The notes under the pieces were generated by a model. It had not been told where the DNA came from. It ran no database searches and saw only the letters and a list, made by a program, of their open reading frames with translations. The position numbers and the translations under genes were made by a program. Shown one piece after another: positions 19,364 to 27,407 of a stretch of DNA of 64,000 bases. Positions within the stretch are counted from its first letter, which is position 1. Each line of letters begins with the position of its first letter. Origin of the DNA: a virus; the IMG/VR virus record IMGVR_UViG_3300042197_003344, positions 13,299 to 77,298 of that record. One strand, written 5' to 3'.

Positions 19364-21014
19364 AAGGATTTAAACCATAATACGGAATAGCATAATCTGT
19401 TCCGCCAATATTTAATTTGAGATAACCAACTACTCCGCCGCCGACATTTACTTGACCTGATCCTCCTCCGGCCGCCACACTGTTATTTGCTACATGAACT
19501 AATTGTGTATGATCTACTTTAAATGCCGATACTAGAGATCCGGCATTATTAAGTGTCGATATTTCGAAAGCTCCTGGAACAGCTCCTCCTGTAGTAACAG
19601 TTCCGCTAGCTTTCGCTGTGACAAGTACCGCAGGAATGTGTGTAGTGCCGTTATATCCCATATAGTAATCTGAGGCAATCGCATCACCGGTTAAAATCAC
19701 AGTTGGACTATTTATAGTTCCTCTAGATCTGAGTTGTAGTTTAGGAGATCCGTCAACTTCGCTATTAGCTAGCTTTATAGTAAATAAATCATAGGAATCA
19801 TTTACATCCCCTTCCGATTCTATTAATATACCACCTAGGTTTTTATCTATCAAAATAGAATTAGTTTCTATTGGTCCTACGATTTTCCCATCTACACCGT
19901 TAACAAGAAGGGTAGAATCTTGTGCGAACACAGATCCTATAGCATCACCAATATGTAATCCTGTTAGGTTACCTGTAACATTACCTGTTAGGTTACCTGT
20001 AACATTACCTGTTAGGTTACCTGTAACATTACCTGTTAGGTTACCTGTAACATTACCTGTTAGGTTACCTGTAACATTACCTGTTAGGTTACCTGTAACA
20101 TTACCTACTAGATTGCCTGTAAATCCTCCTGATGCATTCACCGATTGATTCAATTGATCTACGATCACGGTGCTGTCTTCAGCTAATACCGAACCGTAAA
20201 TATCACCGGTAACAATACCAACAAACGAAGCATCATCTCCTGTGGTGCCTGAATTCAACACAGTAACGCCATTAGTAGATCTTACATTACCAAAGACAGC
20301 ACCGGTCATAGCACCAGTAACATTGCCAGTGAGATTACCAACAAATCCTCCCGGAGCAGTAATAATACCTGTTCCTGAATTTAATAAAACGGTACTGTCG
20401 TCTGCTACGATGTTTATATTGTAATTACTGCCGGTTATTACACCGTCGCCTGATCCCGAACCAATAGCTACACCGCCAACCGTGGAGCCAGCTGGTAAAT
20501 TAATAGCTGAGCCTGTAGCTGTTATTACAGCGTTTCCCACATAAAGACTGGAACCGCTCAAATATAAATCTTTAAATCTTTTAGCAGCACTGCCGAGATC
20601 ATAGGTTGAATCTACATAAGGTATTACATTGCTTCTAATAGTATTATCTAAATTTATAGCACCTAATACACTATCTACTAACACTGTGCTAGTATCATCT
20701 GTGAATACAGAACCTTTGATATCTAGGACAACGACCCCACCCCCTACAGTAGCAGAAATTTTATTAGCAGCGTCGTCGTAGGTAAACGAAATACCGGTAT
20801 GTGTACCAGAGGAAAGAACACTGGCTACAGCGTCTTGTGCATCTTCTGTTCCGAAAGCTGTAACAGCAGTTCCGCCAAGGGTGCCAGTAACGCCCCCGTC
20901 TGTGCTGTCACCGACAAAAACTTGTTTGAGTGTTGTATCATAGATCAATTCGCCTATGATGGGCCTAATTGACGTTCTTTCCGCTGTTGTTCCTCTGCGA
21001 ATTTGTAAAGGCAT
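19362..21014 (-). CDS. Virion fibre/structural protein with Mtd-like N-terminal domain and GNVTGNLT repeats
   Basis: MPLQIRRGT..GELIYDT..VFVGD N-terminus; Gly/Thr-rich beta repeats. Confidence 0.75.
   Translation of the reverse strand: MPLQIRRGTTAERTSIRPIIGELIYDTTLKQVFVGDSTDGGVTGTLGGTAVTAFGTEDAQDAVASVLSSGTHTGISFTYDDAANKISATVGGGVVVLDIKGSVFTDDTSTVLVDSVLGAINLDNTIRSNVIPYVDSTYDLGSAAKRFKDLYLSGSSLYVGNAVITATGSAINLPAGSTVGGVAIGSGSGDGVITGSNYNINIVADDSTVLLNSGTGIITAPGGFVGNLTGNVTGAMTGAVFGNVRSTNGVTVLNSGTTGDDASFVGIVTGDIYGSVLAEDSTVIVDQLNQSVNASGGFTGNLVGNVTGNLTGNVTGNLTGNVTGNLTGNVTGNLTGNVTGNLTGNVTGNLTGLHIGDAIGSVFAQDSTLLVNGVDGKIVGPIETNSILIDKNLGGILIESEGDVNDSYDLFTIKLANSEVDGSPKLQLRSRGTINSPTVILTGDAIASDYYMGYNGTTHIPAVLVTAKASGTVTTGGAVPGAFEISTLNNAGSLVSAFKVDHTQLVHVANNSVAAGGGSGQVNVGGGVVGYLKLNIGGTDYAIPYYGLNP
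19960..20103. repeat. Perfect 24-bp tandem repeat x6 (GNVTGNLT)
   Basis: cctgttaggttacctgtaacatta at 19960, 19984, 20008, 20032, 20056, 20080. Confidence 0.95.
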
Positions 21015-21080
21015 AGTAATCGACTCCTGGAGCTATCTCTTGTTGTATTATTTATGCCGTCTGTTTGATAACCTATAGCC

Positions 21081-21110
21081 AAAAAAATAGGGCTCCGAAG
21101 AGCCCTAAAA
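21081..21110 (-). terminator. Intrinsic terminator
   Basis: tagggct-cttcgg-agcccta followed by T tract on minus strand. Confidence 0.75.
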
Positions 21111-21124
21111 GTACGTAGATAATG

Positions 21125-21730
21125 TCACATTGTAGGACCGTTGCCGTTCCTAAACCCTACTTGCCCACCTTCTGCTTCGATACGCTTTAACACGTCTTCA
21201 AACAAGATAGGTGCAAAGTCAGGTGTTTGTTCTACGCAAACACAGTGGTAACGAGGATCGATTTCGTCTCCGTACAATATTGCACCTGTTCTAGCGTCTA
21301 CACCACGAGCTTTTTTTACACGGCCTGCGTGTAAGTGTCCGTGTATGTTTACACCAAAACGTCCCAACGATGCTTCGTGGACAGGAATATGGCTCAATAT
21401 CATACCATTCATGACGTGATAGGCTCTTAACTCACGAAAGTATTGGTTGTAATCTGTATCACGAAAAATATCGTGATTTCCACGTATCAATACTTTGTCG
21501 CCGTTTAACCGACCTAATGTGGCTAAGGCTTTTCTGTTGATCACAACATCGCCTAAATGGTAGACTTTGTCTGTGGGCTTGACTCGATCGTTCCAGGCCT
21601 TGATCATAGCTTCGTCCATTTCCGCAGGATCGTCCCACGGACGCAACTTTGTAAAGCCATCGTCCCGTGTAAAACGGCAAACGCCAGCGTGTCCAAAGTG
21701 CGTATCGCTTACTAAAAATACGCTAGGCAT
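21125..21730 (-). CDS. Calcineurin-like metallophosphoesterase
   Basis: SDTHFGH, HLGD, GNHD, HGHLH. Confidence 0.9.
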   Translation of the reverse strand: MPSVFLVSDTHFGHAGVCRFTRDDGFTKLRPWDDPAEMDEAMIKAWNDRVKPTDKVYHLGDVVINRKALATLGRLNGDKVLIRGNHDIFRDTDYNQYFRELRAYHVMNGMILSHIPVHEASLGRFGVNIHGHLHAGRVKKARGVDARTGAILYGDEIDPRYHCVCVEQTPDFAPILFEDVLKRIEAEGGQVGFRNGNGPTM

Positions 21731-21743
21731 ATTGCCCTCCTTT

Positions 21744-22148
21744 CTATTCTATTGATTTGCGAAACAGTAATTCCTGTCGAGAAAATGCTTCGATTTCCCA
21801 CGGTAGATTCAGATACTTGTGATTTTTACGATAGCGTCGACCATTCCAATAATTTACACCGTTGACCTGCTTCAATGTTCCTTTAGCCAATTGCTTGACA
21901 TGAACCATTTCGTGAGCTAGTGTTATGCCCATGTCTTTCAAACTTCTAGGTTTAATTAATACCACATAACTGTCGATCACATCTAACGGAACAGTAGCAC
22001 CTTCATGATCTCCAACTTCTGTATTGGTCACTTTGATCATTACAGTTTTACGACTACTAGTTAATTTGAGCTCTTTGATCATTCTAGGAACAATGCGCTC
22101 AAAAAAAGCCTTAGTTTGTTTGCTTCGAGTTACAATAGCGTATTCCAA
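21744..22148 (-). CDS. Zn-metallopeptidase-like protein
   Basis: AHEMVH (HExxH), PWEIEA. Confidence 0.65.
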   Translation of the reverse strand: MEYAIVTRSKQTKAFFERIVPRMIKELKLTSSRKTVMIKVTNTEVGDHEGATVPLDVIDSYVVLIKPRSLKDMGITLAHEMVHVKQLAKGTLKQVNGVNYWNGRRYRKNHKYLNLPWEIEAFSRQELLFRKSIE

Positions 22149-22688
22149 TTAGATATCTCCTTCACTCTGTCTACGCTCACGACGAGCTGCTGCCAAAGTA
22201 AAAACCTTTTCGTTATCGTTGGTCCAATCTTCTTCGACAGGAGCCCCATTAATTGTGTGAGGCTCCTGCTCGTCATAGGTCCAACCCAAGCACTTCATCA
22301 TCTTGTGCTTGACTAAGAGATTAGGCGAACGAAATACTTCAGTATCACGGAAGCCCATCATAACACCAATCTCGCAGACAGCACCACTGCGACAAACACC
22401 AGCCACACAATGAACTACAACGTTCATATGATTATCAAATGCTCGTTGTAGCAGTTGAATAAGTTGCTCAGCCTGTGCGTCAGAGATTTTCCAAGCATCG
22501 TTGATGGTGTCGTCTGACTTTTCTAGATCAAGAAATTCAAACTGATGAATTTCTTTGAACTGATAGCCGGGAGTAGGAAACTCCATATCAGGATCGACAA
22601 TTTGAATCAGCATGGAATTAATACCTGCATCGATATGATGACCTTTTTTAATATCGCTCAGCGATACATTTTGGATCCACGGATTCAT
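22149..22688 (-). CDS. Protein-tyrosine/dual-specificity phosphatase-like
   Basis: VHCVAGVCRS (CX5R); likely start MNPW. Confidence 0.8.
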   Translation of the reverse strand: MNPWIQNVSLSDIKKGHHIDAGINSMLIQIVDPDMEFPTPGYQFKEIHQFEFLDLEKSDDTINDAWKISDAQAEQLIQLLQRAFDNHMNVVVHCVAGVCRSGAVCEIGVMMGFRDTEVFRSPNLLVKHKMMKCLGWTYDEQEPHTINGAPVEEDWTNDNEKVFTLAAARRERRQSEGDI

Positions 22689-22698
22689 CTCGATTTCC

Positions 22699-22917
22699 TT
22701 ATAAACGATATGTGACACGACCTTTGGTTAGATCATAGGCACTGACTTCTACCTTTACTTTATCACCTAAAATTATTTTAATTTTATGCTGTTTCAATTT
22801 ACCGCCTGTATAGCAAACAATAGGTTTAGACATCTGCTCTAATTTAATCCTATACATACTGCCCGGCAGCACTTCTTCTACTACACCAACTAGTTCTATA
22901 ATATCAGTTTTTGACAT
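22699..22917 (-). CDS. infA: Translation initiation factor IF-1
   Basis: MSKTDIIELVGVVEEVLP..GDKVKVEVSAYDLTKGRVTYR. Confidence 0.95.
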   Translation of the reverse strand: MSKTDIIELVGVVEEVLPGSMYRIKLEQMSKPIVCYTGGKLKQHKIKIILGDKVKVEVSAYDLTKGRVTYRL

Positions 22918-22955
22918 ATACGTCCTTGATCATAAATTATAATCTCCTTTGTATT

Positions 22956-22984
22956 ATTATAGTTTATTTTTTAATTACTGTCAA
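22956..22984 (-). promoter_or_regulatory. sigma70-type promoter for infA
   Basis: TTGACA-17-TATAAT. Confidence 0.85.
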
Positions 22985-22985
22985 A

Positions 22986-23059
22986 TGGTGCCCCATGGCA
23001 GAATCGAACTGCCAATTGATCATTACGAGGGACCTGTTATACCATTTAACTAAAGGGGC
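22986..23059 (-). tRNA. tRNA-Thr(CGT)
   Basis: Cloverleaf, loop CTCGTAA, encoded CCA; stem mismatches. Confidence 0.8.
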
Positions 23060-23063
23060 AGTT

Positions 23064-23137
23064 TGGAGCGGGTAGCGAGAATCGAACTCGCAAATCAACT
23101 TTGGCAAAGTTGTAGGTTACCATTACATCATACCCGC
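23064..23137 (-). tRNA. tRNA-Gly(GCC)
   Basis: GCGGGTA acceptor, loop TTGCCAA, TCCA. Confidence 0.9.
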
Positions 23138-23138
23138 A

Positions 23139-23711
23139 TTAGAGATATTCAACGTCCGCAGCTAATATAAACCTGTATTCATTACTCTGCACTATTCCCG
23201 GTCTGTGCCATTTATCACCAGGGTAAATCAGCCAATTGTATTTGGAAGGTCTTACAAAAAATTTCACATCGGATTCTAAACCTTCCGGAGCGAATTCTGT
23301 TCCGCAGTAATCTAGATCTTTTACATCGTTGGGAATATCAAGATAAAAGATCCCGCTCATAATTTTAGATTCGGGTTTAGATGGATGCCAATGATGATGC
23401 CAAAGATTTTCTCGATTTTCGGCACCCTCAAGATTAGTCATAAATGACCAGGCCATCATATTAGAAACTTTAACTTCACGACCTAGATATAAGAAAACAC
23501 TGAATAAAAAACTCATTCTATATTTTAACCAGATGTCTTCTGCTCTAGCAAAAATATTTTCTTTGGTTTGATACTTAGGAGAATTTGCAAAGTAATTTCC
23601 GTCAGCGATAATTTCTTTAATAATGCCTATGGCGATATTATTATCCTGCTCAGTAATTACAGAGCTAAAGTCAAACTTCCGGAAGGTATCGTTTTGATCT
23701 ATTACTTGCAT
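23139..23711 (-). CDS. Fe(II)/2OG oxygenase-like protein
   Basis: WHHHWH...SGIFYL...WHRPG...R. Confidence 0.55.
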   Translation of the reverse strand: MQVIDQNDTFRKFDFSSVITEQDNNIAIGIIKEIIADGNYFANSPKYQTKENIFARAEDIWLKYRMSFLFSVFLYLGREVKVSNMMAWSFMTNLEGAENRENLWHHHWHPSKPESKIMSGIFYLDIPNDVKDLDYCGTEFAPEGLESDVKFFVRPSKYNWLIYPGDKWHRPGIVQSNEYRFILAADVEYL

Positions 23712-23717
23712 TTATTA

Positions 23718-23795
23718 TGGAGCGGGTAGGGAGAGTCGAACTCCGCGATCTTCAGCTTGGAAGGCTGCTGGACGCCCCTTGTCCTGTCTACCCGC
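23718..23795 (-). tRNA. tRNA-Gly(TCC), atypical D arm
   Basis: GCGGGTA acceptor, loop CTTCCAA, TCCA. Confidence 0.8.
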
Positions 23796-23813
23796 ATAAA
23801 ACTATTTAACACT

Positions 23814-23888
23814 TGGCCTCGCTACCAGGAATCGAACCTGGATCTAGTTCTTAGGAGGAACTCGTTCTGTCCATTGAACTACAGCGAG
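23814..23888 (-). tRNA. tRNA-Arg(CCT)
   Basis: Loop CTCCTAA, GCCA. Confidence 0.9.
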
Positions 23889-23892
23889 TAAA

Positions 23893-23971
23893 TGGTCCGA
23901 GTGGCAAGATTCGAACTTGCGACATCCTGCTCCCAAAGCAGGCGGAATGAACCAGGCTATCCTACACTCGG
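23893..23971 (-). tRNA. tRNA-Pro(TGG)
   Basis: Loop TTTGGGA, ACCA. Confidence 0.9.
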
Positions 23972-23976
23972 ATGAT

Positions 23977-24050
23977 TGGTTGCGGAGGAGGGAGTCGAAC
24001 CCCCAACGTCAGCTTATGAGACTGACAAGATACCATTTCTATACTCCGCG
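23977..24050 (-). tRNA. tRNA-Met(CAT), initiator-like acceptor (C1:A72)
   Basis: CGCGGAG/CTCCGCA acceptor, loop CTCATAA. Confidence 0.85.
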
Positions 24051-24054
24051 TCAA

Positions 24055-24223
24055 ACTTTTATTGATAGTACTCAAGCCTTATAGGACTGAGCGAATTTCT
24101 GAGTGGAGTTCGATTCTCCTCATAAGCCATTGCTCACGGTTTTATCAGAAGAGTAAGATGGCCCTATTCCTCATGAGTCTGTGCGTCCACAAACGATACC
24201 CGCTGAATGCTATCAATAAAAGT
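24055..24223 (-). ncRNA. Candidate structured RNA closed by a long terminal stem
   Basis: acttttattgatag...ctatcaataaaagt 14-bp inverted repeat, extendable, with internal hairpins. Confidence 0.5.
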
Positions 24224-24428
24224 GTCTAGCCACAGTTCCCTGTTCCGCCCTAGACTGAGTTGTCTACCCTGTCGATCAGTATTTAGGTTTTTGTCGTCAG
24301 TTCTGCTTCTGCCGCCACGGTGTCTCAAGTCGCCCCTAAAGAGGGCCTTGGGGTCGTTACCGTTTGCACCCTGACATTCTGGTGAAGTCAATTACCCCCT
24401 TTAATAACGAGGAAGGGACCCCGGGGTC
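24224..24428 (-). ncRNA. Candidate structured RNA(s)
   Basis: GC-rich intergenic region; ggggtc/gacccc, gccc/gggc, gtctag/ctagac stems. Confidence 0.4.
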
Positions 24429-24430
24429 TG

Positions 24431-25003
24431 TTAGAGCAAGCCTTCTTCTTGAAGGACTTGAACAACTTCATCGCTGAGCGGAATCTCAGTTTTAATGTTC
24501 AACTCTAAAATTTCATCATTGAGTTTTTGCTTTTGCTTTTTCAGGTTAAGGATTTCTGCCTTGGCCTGAGCGATTTGCTCCTTGCTAACCACAGTAGTAC
24601 TTACTGTATCGCCGTAGCCGTAAATTCTGCTACGAGCTTCGTCCTTGAGACTCTTGATCTTCTCAAGTTTACCTTTGATCACATCGAGATCAGTGTAAGG
24701 CTTCAATGTAGCCAGCTGTTCCAATTGACCAATCCTCTTGTCAATAAACGCAGCTTTAGCTAGTGTAGTATCAATATCACTAGCGGCATTAGCAGTACCA
24801 ACCAAAGCTCTGATATTATATAGAGCCATCGTCAGTTTCTGTCTACGGGCATCTGCCGTAAACAAGGCTTCGTTGGCCTTGGTCAACTCTACACCGGGAT
24901 CTTGGAACTCGTTCAGTTCTACAGTGGTGTCGAAGCTGATGTTTTTAATTACATCATTGATGCTGTTCTGTACAGCATTAGCCTTGCGCAGTGTGATATT
25001 CAT
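24431..25003 (-). CDS. Coiled-coil hypothetical protein (possibly DIP1984/DUF6847-like)
   Basis: Helical hairpin pattern ending [17 protein letters not shown]; start overlaps rpoZ stop. Confidence 0.6.
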   Translation of the reverse strand: MNITLRKANAVQNSINDVIKNISFDTTVELNEFQDPGVELTKANEALFTADARRQKLTMALYNIRALVGTANAASDIDTTLAKAAFIDKRIGQLEQLATLKPYTDLDVIKGKLEKIKSLKDEARSRIYGYGDTVSTTVVSKEQIAQAKAEILNLKKQKQKLNDEILELNIKTEIPLSDEVVQVLQEEGLL

Positions 25004-25230
25004 TCCCATTTTGCCTTTTCCTTTTTCTTTAATTTTGTTAGATATTCTGCTTTGGTATACTTACCTTGTTCGATTTCTCTAAGAGCTGTAATAGTAGGAG
25101 ATGCATCCTTGCCGTCTACTCTTTGTAGAGAACCATTTTTAAGTTCTCTGGCACGTTGACTAGCTATCAGTACAAGATCAAATCTATTACCAATTTGCTT
25201 CACTGCTTCTTCTGACGAAATTCTTGCCAT
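25000..25230 (-). CDS. rpoZ: RNA polymerase omega subunit
   Basis: [32 protein letters not shown]. Confidence 0.92.
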   Translation of the reverse strand: MARISSEEAVKQIGNRFDLVLIASQRARELKNGSLQRVDGKDASPTITALREIEQGKYTKAEYLTKLKKKEKAKWE

Positions 25231-25243
25231 CTTGCTTCCTTAT

Positions 25244-25272
25244 ATTATACTGACGGATCAATGAAAGGTCAA
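25244..25272 (-). promoter_or_regulatory. sigma70-type promoter for rpoZ
   Basis: TTGACC-17-TATAAT. Confidence 0.75.
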
Positions 25273-25274
25273 GT

Positions 25275-25513
25275 AATAGACCGGACAAATGACAAACGGA
25301 TTTTATCAATCCTTGACAACGTGCAATAGACAGGCGACAGTGGCCTGAATATTTCCGATCAGCAATTGACAGGTATGTAAGAATCGGTTCACTCAAGCAC
25401 GAAGACTTTTCAAGAGTCTTTGCCAGATAAGTTCGGATTAGGTATAAAACCTAAGCCTAGTGTCTATCCTCATCTACCTTTCACCTCACCGGTTGAGTTA
25501 TTTCTAACTCAAC
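25275..25513 (-). ncRNA. Candidate ~240-nt RNA with UGUC repeats
   Basis: Own promoter; several hairpins; six TGTC in about 90 nt. Confidence 0.45.
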
Positions 25514-25520
25514 AAAACTT

Positions 25521-25548
25521 ATTATACACTGTTTTATGTCTTTGTCAA
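25521..25548 (-). promoter_or_regulatory. sigma70-type promoter
   Basis: TTGACA-16-TATAAT. Confidence 0.75.
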
Positions 25549-25564
25549 GACATTTTGATAATCT

Positions 25565-25638
25565 TGGTGCCCCTTGACAGAATCGAACTGCCAATTGATG
25601 ATTACAAATCAACTGTTATACCATTTAACTAAAAGGGC
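25565..25638 (-). tRNA. tRNA-Thr(TGT)
   Basis: Loop TTTGTAA, ACCA. Confidence 0.9.
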
Positions 25639-25642
25639 ATAT

Positions 25643-25716
25643 TGGTGGAGGATAACAGAATCGAACTGTTAATCACGGCTTGCAAAGCCGTTGTTATCCC
25701 ATTTAACTAATCCCCC
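25643..25716 (-). tRNA. tRNA-Ala(TGC)
   Basis: G3:U70, loop TTTGCAA. Confidence 0.92.
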
Positions 25717-25722
25717 AATACG

Positions 25723-25878
25723 TTAATTATTTTTCTTTTCTTCTTCTGCTAGGTATTCTTGAAGTTTGGCTTGGAACTCTGATTCACTTAATCCGTGCCA
25801 ACCAATACAATCTCCGGTTGGGCTACGACCACAGCCGCAGGTTCCAATTTTTTCTGTTGTATTAACTCTAACTTGCAT
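25723..25878 (-). CDS. Small CDGSH-like Fe-S/Zn-finger protein
   Basis: CGCGRSPTGDCIGWH; RBS GGAG; start MQVRV. Confidence 0.65.
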   Translation of the reverse strand: MQVRVNTTEKIGTCGCGRSPTGDCIGWHGLSESEFQAKLQEYLAEEEKKNN

Positions 25879-25879
25879 A

Positions 25880-26059
25880 TTATTCTCCCTTGTCCTCTCT
25901 ACGATTTTTCTCTCTCTTAGGTTGGATCGCGGCAGCAAGTTCTGCACCAATCATGGCACGTTTCCAATCATTACGTTGTTGTGTGCTAGAAAATTTACTC
26001 AGTGCTAAACTGGTCTTTAAAGCCTTTGACATCTTATAATTTGCGGTAGGTTTCAACAT
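25880..26059 (-). CDS. Small basic hypothetical protein (59 aa, not in ORF track)
   Basis: MLKPTANYKMSKALK...EDKGE; RBS AAGGA. Confidence 0.65.
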   Translation of the reverse strand: MLKPTANYKMSKALKTSLALSKFSSTQQRNDWKRAMIGAELAAAIQPKREKNRREDKGE

Positions 26060-26079
26060 TTAGTTTCCTTTTTTAAACT

Positions 26080-26172
26080 TGGTGGAAGGAGAGGGATTCG
26101 AACCCTCGGACCACTTTTACAGAGATCGACGGTTTAGCAAACCGCTGCCTTCAGCCTCTCAGCCATCCTTCC
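26080..26172 (-). tRNA. tRNA-Ser(GCT)
   Basis: Loop TTGCTAA, long V arm. Confidence 0.9.
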
Positions 26173-26178
26173 TAAATC

Positions 26179-26253
26179 TGGTGCATCGTAATGGAGTCGA
26201 ACCACTGACATTCGCCTTGTAAGGGCGACGTTCTACCGCTGAACTAACGATGC
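26179..26253 (-). tRNA. tRNA-Val(TAC)
   Basis: Loop CTTACAA. Confidence 0.9.
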
Positions 26254-26256
26254 ATT

Positions 26257-26339
26257 TGGTGCCCCAGGTCGGACTCGAACCGACACGCACTAGGCACTGG
26301 CTTCTAAGACCAGCGTGGCTACCATTACACCACCGGGGC
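26257..26339 (-). tRNA. tRNA-Leu(TAG)
   Basis: Loop CTTAGAA, V arm. Confidence 0.9.
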
Positions 26340-26350
26340 AAACAATGTAT

Positions 26351-26379
26351 ATTATGTATTCTTTGTTGACAAATGTCAA
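26351..26379 (-). promoter_or_regulatory. Internal sigma70-type promoter in tRNA array
   Basis: TTGACA-17-CATAAT. Confidence 0.65.
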
Positions 26380-26387
26380 CTATATTC

Positions 26388-26459
26388 TGGCGCCTCTGGA
26401 GAGATTCGAACTCCCATAACCTGGTTTAGAAGACCTGGCACCGCTCCATCGGCAGAGGC
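26388..26459 (-). tRNA. tRNA-Arg(TCT), atypical (shortened D region)
   Basis: GCCTCTG/CAGAGGC acceptor, loop CTTCTAA, normal T arm, GCCA. Confidence 0.7.
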
Positions 26460-26464
26460 GTGTT

Positions 26465-26541
26465 TGGTACGGATGGTGGGATTCGAACCCACGAAACTCA
26501 GATTTTAAGTCTGATACGTATACCTATTCCGTCACATCCGT
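26465..26541 (-). tRNA. tRNA-Leu(TAA), short variable loop
   Basis: Loop CTTAAAA, ACCA. Confidence 0.85.
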
Positions 26542-26544
26542 ATA

Positions 26545-26620
26545 TGGTGCCAACTCCTGGGATCGAACCAGGTTCTACCGCTCTTCAGGCGGCTGCAATG
26601 ACCACATTTGCTAAGTTGGC
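26545..26620 (-). tRNA. tRNA-Phe(GAA)
   Basis: Loop CTGAAGA. Confidence 0.9.
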
Positions 26621-26625
26621 ATATT

Positions 26626-26699
26626 TGGGGTGAAGCCGGGAATCGAACCCTGCCTTACTGTTTCACAGACAGCCGTGCAACCATTACACTAGCAACACC
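26626..26699 (-). tRNA. tRNA-His(GTG)
   Basis: G-1:C73, loop CTGTGAA; two U:U pairs in acceptor. Confidence 0.85.
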
Positions 26700-26714
26700 A
26701 TTGATGGTATCGTC

Positions 26715-26900
26715 TTATTTTGCAGGTTCTTTAATTCTTTCAATTTTCTCTAATGCATCGCGACGCATTTTAAATTCACGATGCTCATTCGGACGATGAA
26801 CTATGATGTATTCTACACCATCAATGTTTTCGGTCACACGGATATCGTCACAGACAAAACGCTCATTATTAAAACGATTTTTAAGCATAGTTGCTTTCAT
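26715..26900 (-). CDS. Small hypothetical protein
   Basis: 61-aa ORF with AAGGAG RBS. Confidence 0.7.
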   Translation of the reverse strand: MKATMLKNRFNNERFVCDDIRVTENIDGVEYIIVHRPNEHREFKMRRDALEKIERIKEPAK

Positions 26901-26916
26901 AACAATCTCCTTGAAA

Positions 26917-26991
26917 TGGCCGGTCCGGAGAGATTCGAACTCCCGACTGCTGGTTTCGAAGACCAGAACTCTTCCACTGAGCTACGGACCG
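26917..26991 (-). tRNA. tRNA-Arg(TCG)
   Basis: Loop CTTCGAA. Confidence 0.88.
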
Positions 26992-26996
26992 GTGTA

Positions 26997-27070
26997 TGGT
27001 GCTCTAGACAAGAATTGAACTTGTGATTCTGTCTTACCAAGACAGTGTTATACCACTTAACTACAAGAGC
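26997..27070 (-). tRNA. tRNA-Thr(GGT)
   Basis: Loop TTGGTAA. Confidence 0.88.
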
Positions 27071-27071
27071 T

Positions 27072-27145
27072 TGGCAGGCGTGCTAGGGCTCGAACCTAGA
27101 ATAACAGAGTCAAAGTCTGTGGTGTTACCATTACACTACACGCCA
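27072..27145 (-). tRNA. tRNA-Gln(TTG)
   Basis: Loop CTTTGAC, U1:U72. Confidence 0.88.
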
Positions 27146-27149
27146 ACAG

Positions 27150-27392
27150 TTATAGATCTTTAGCGTCCACACAGGTGCCGCCTTTGAACACATAGACATC
27201 GCTGTCTAATCTTAGTTGTTCAAAAACGTGATTATTTACACACTTGTAAGGATCTTTGCGATTTTGTACTAGGTAGACTGCTCCGAAACCTAGGCCTGCA
27301 AGGATCATTAGAATTGGAATGTATTTCAGGTACTTTACTAGTTCTGGCATCGCAGCTAATATCTGCGGCAGATTTTTCAGTAGCTCTTTCAT
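27150..27392 (-). CDS. Small membrane protein
   Basis: One TM segment; TAAATA 5 nt upstream of ATG. Confidence 0.65.
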   Translation of the reverse strand: MKELLKNLPQILAAMPELVKYLKYIPILMILAGLGFGAVYLVQNRKDPYKCVNNHVFEQLRLDSDVYVFKGGTCVDAKDL

Positions 27393-27407
27393 ACACTTAT
27401 TTAAGTC

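Noticed and set aside
19960-20103. Possible CRISPR array
   Set aside because: Head-to-tail 24-bp repeats with no spacers, in frame within a CDS; no cas genes.
19362-21014. Diversity-generating retroelement target (Mtd-like N-terminus)
   Set aside because: No reverse transcriptase or TR/VR pair in the window.
24224-24428. tmRNA or RNase P RNA (GGGGGT..., GCAAAC ANGND-like frame)
   Set aside because: No acceptor/T arm with CCA and G3:U70 on this strand, no Ala-Ala-stop tag end, no GAGGAAAGTCC core; kept only as an unknown RNA.
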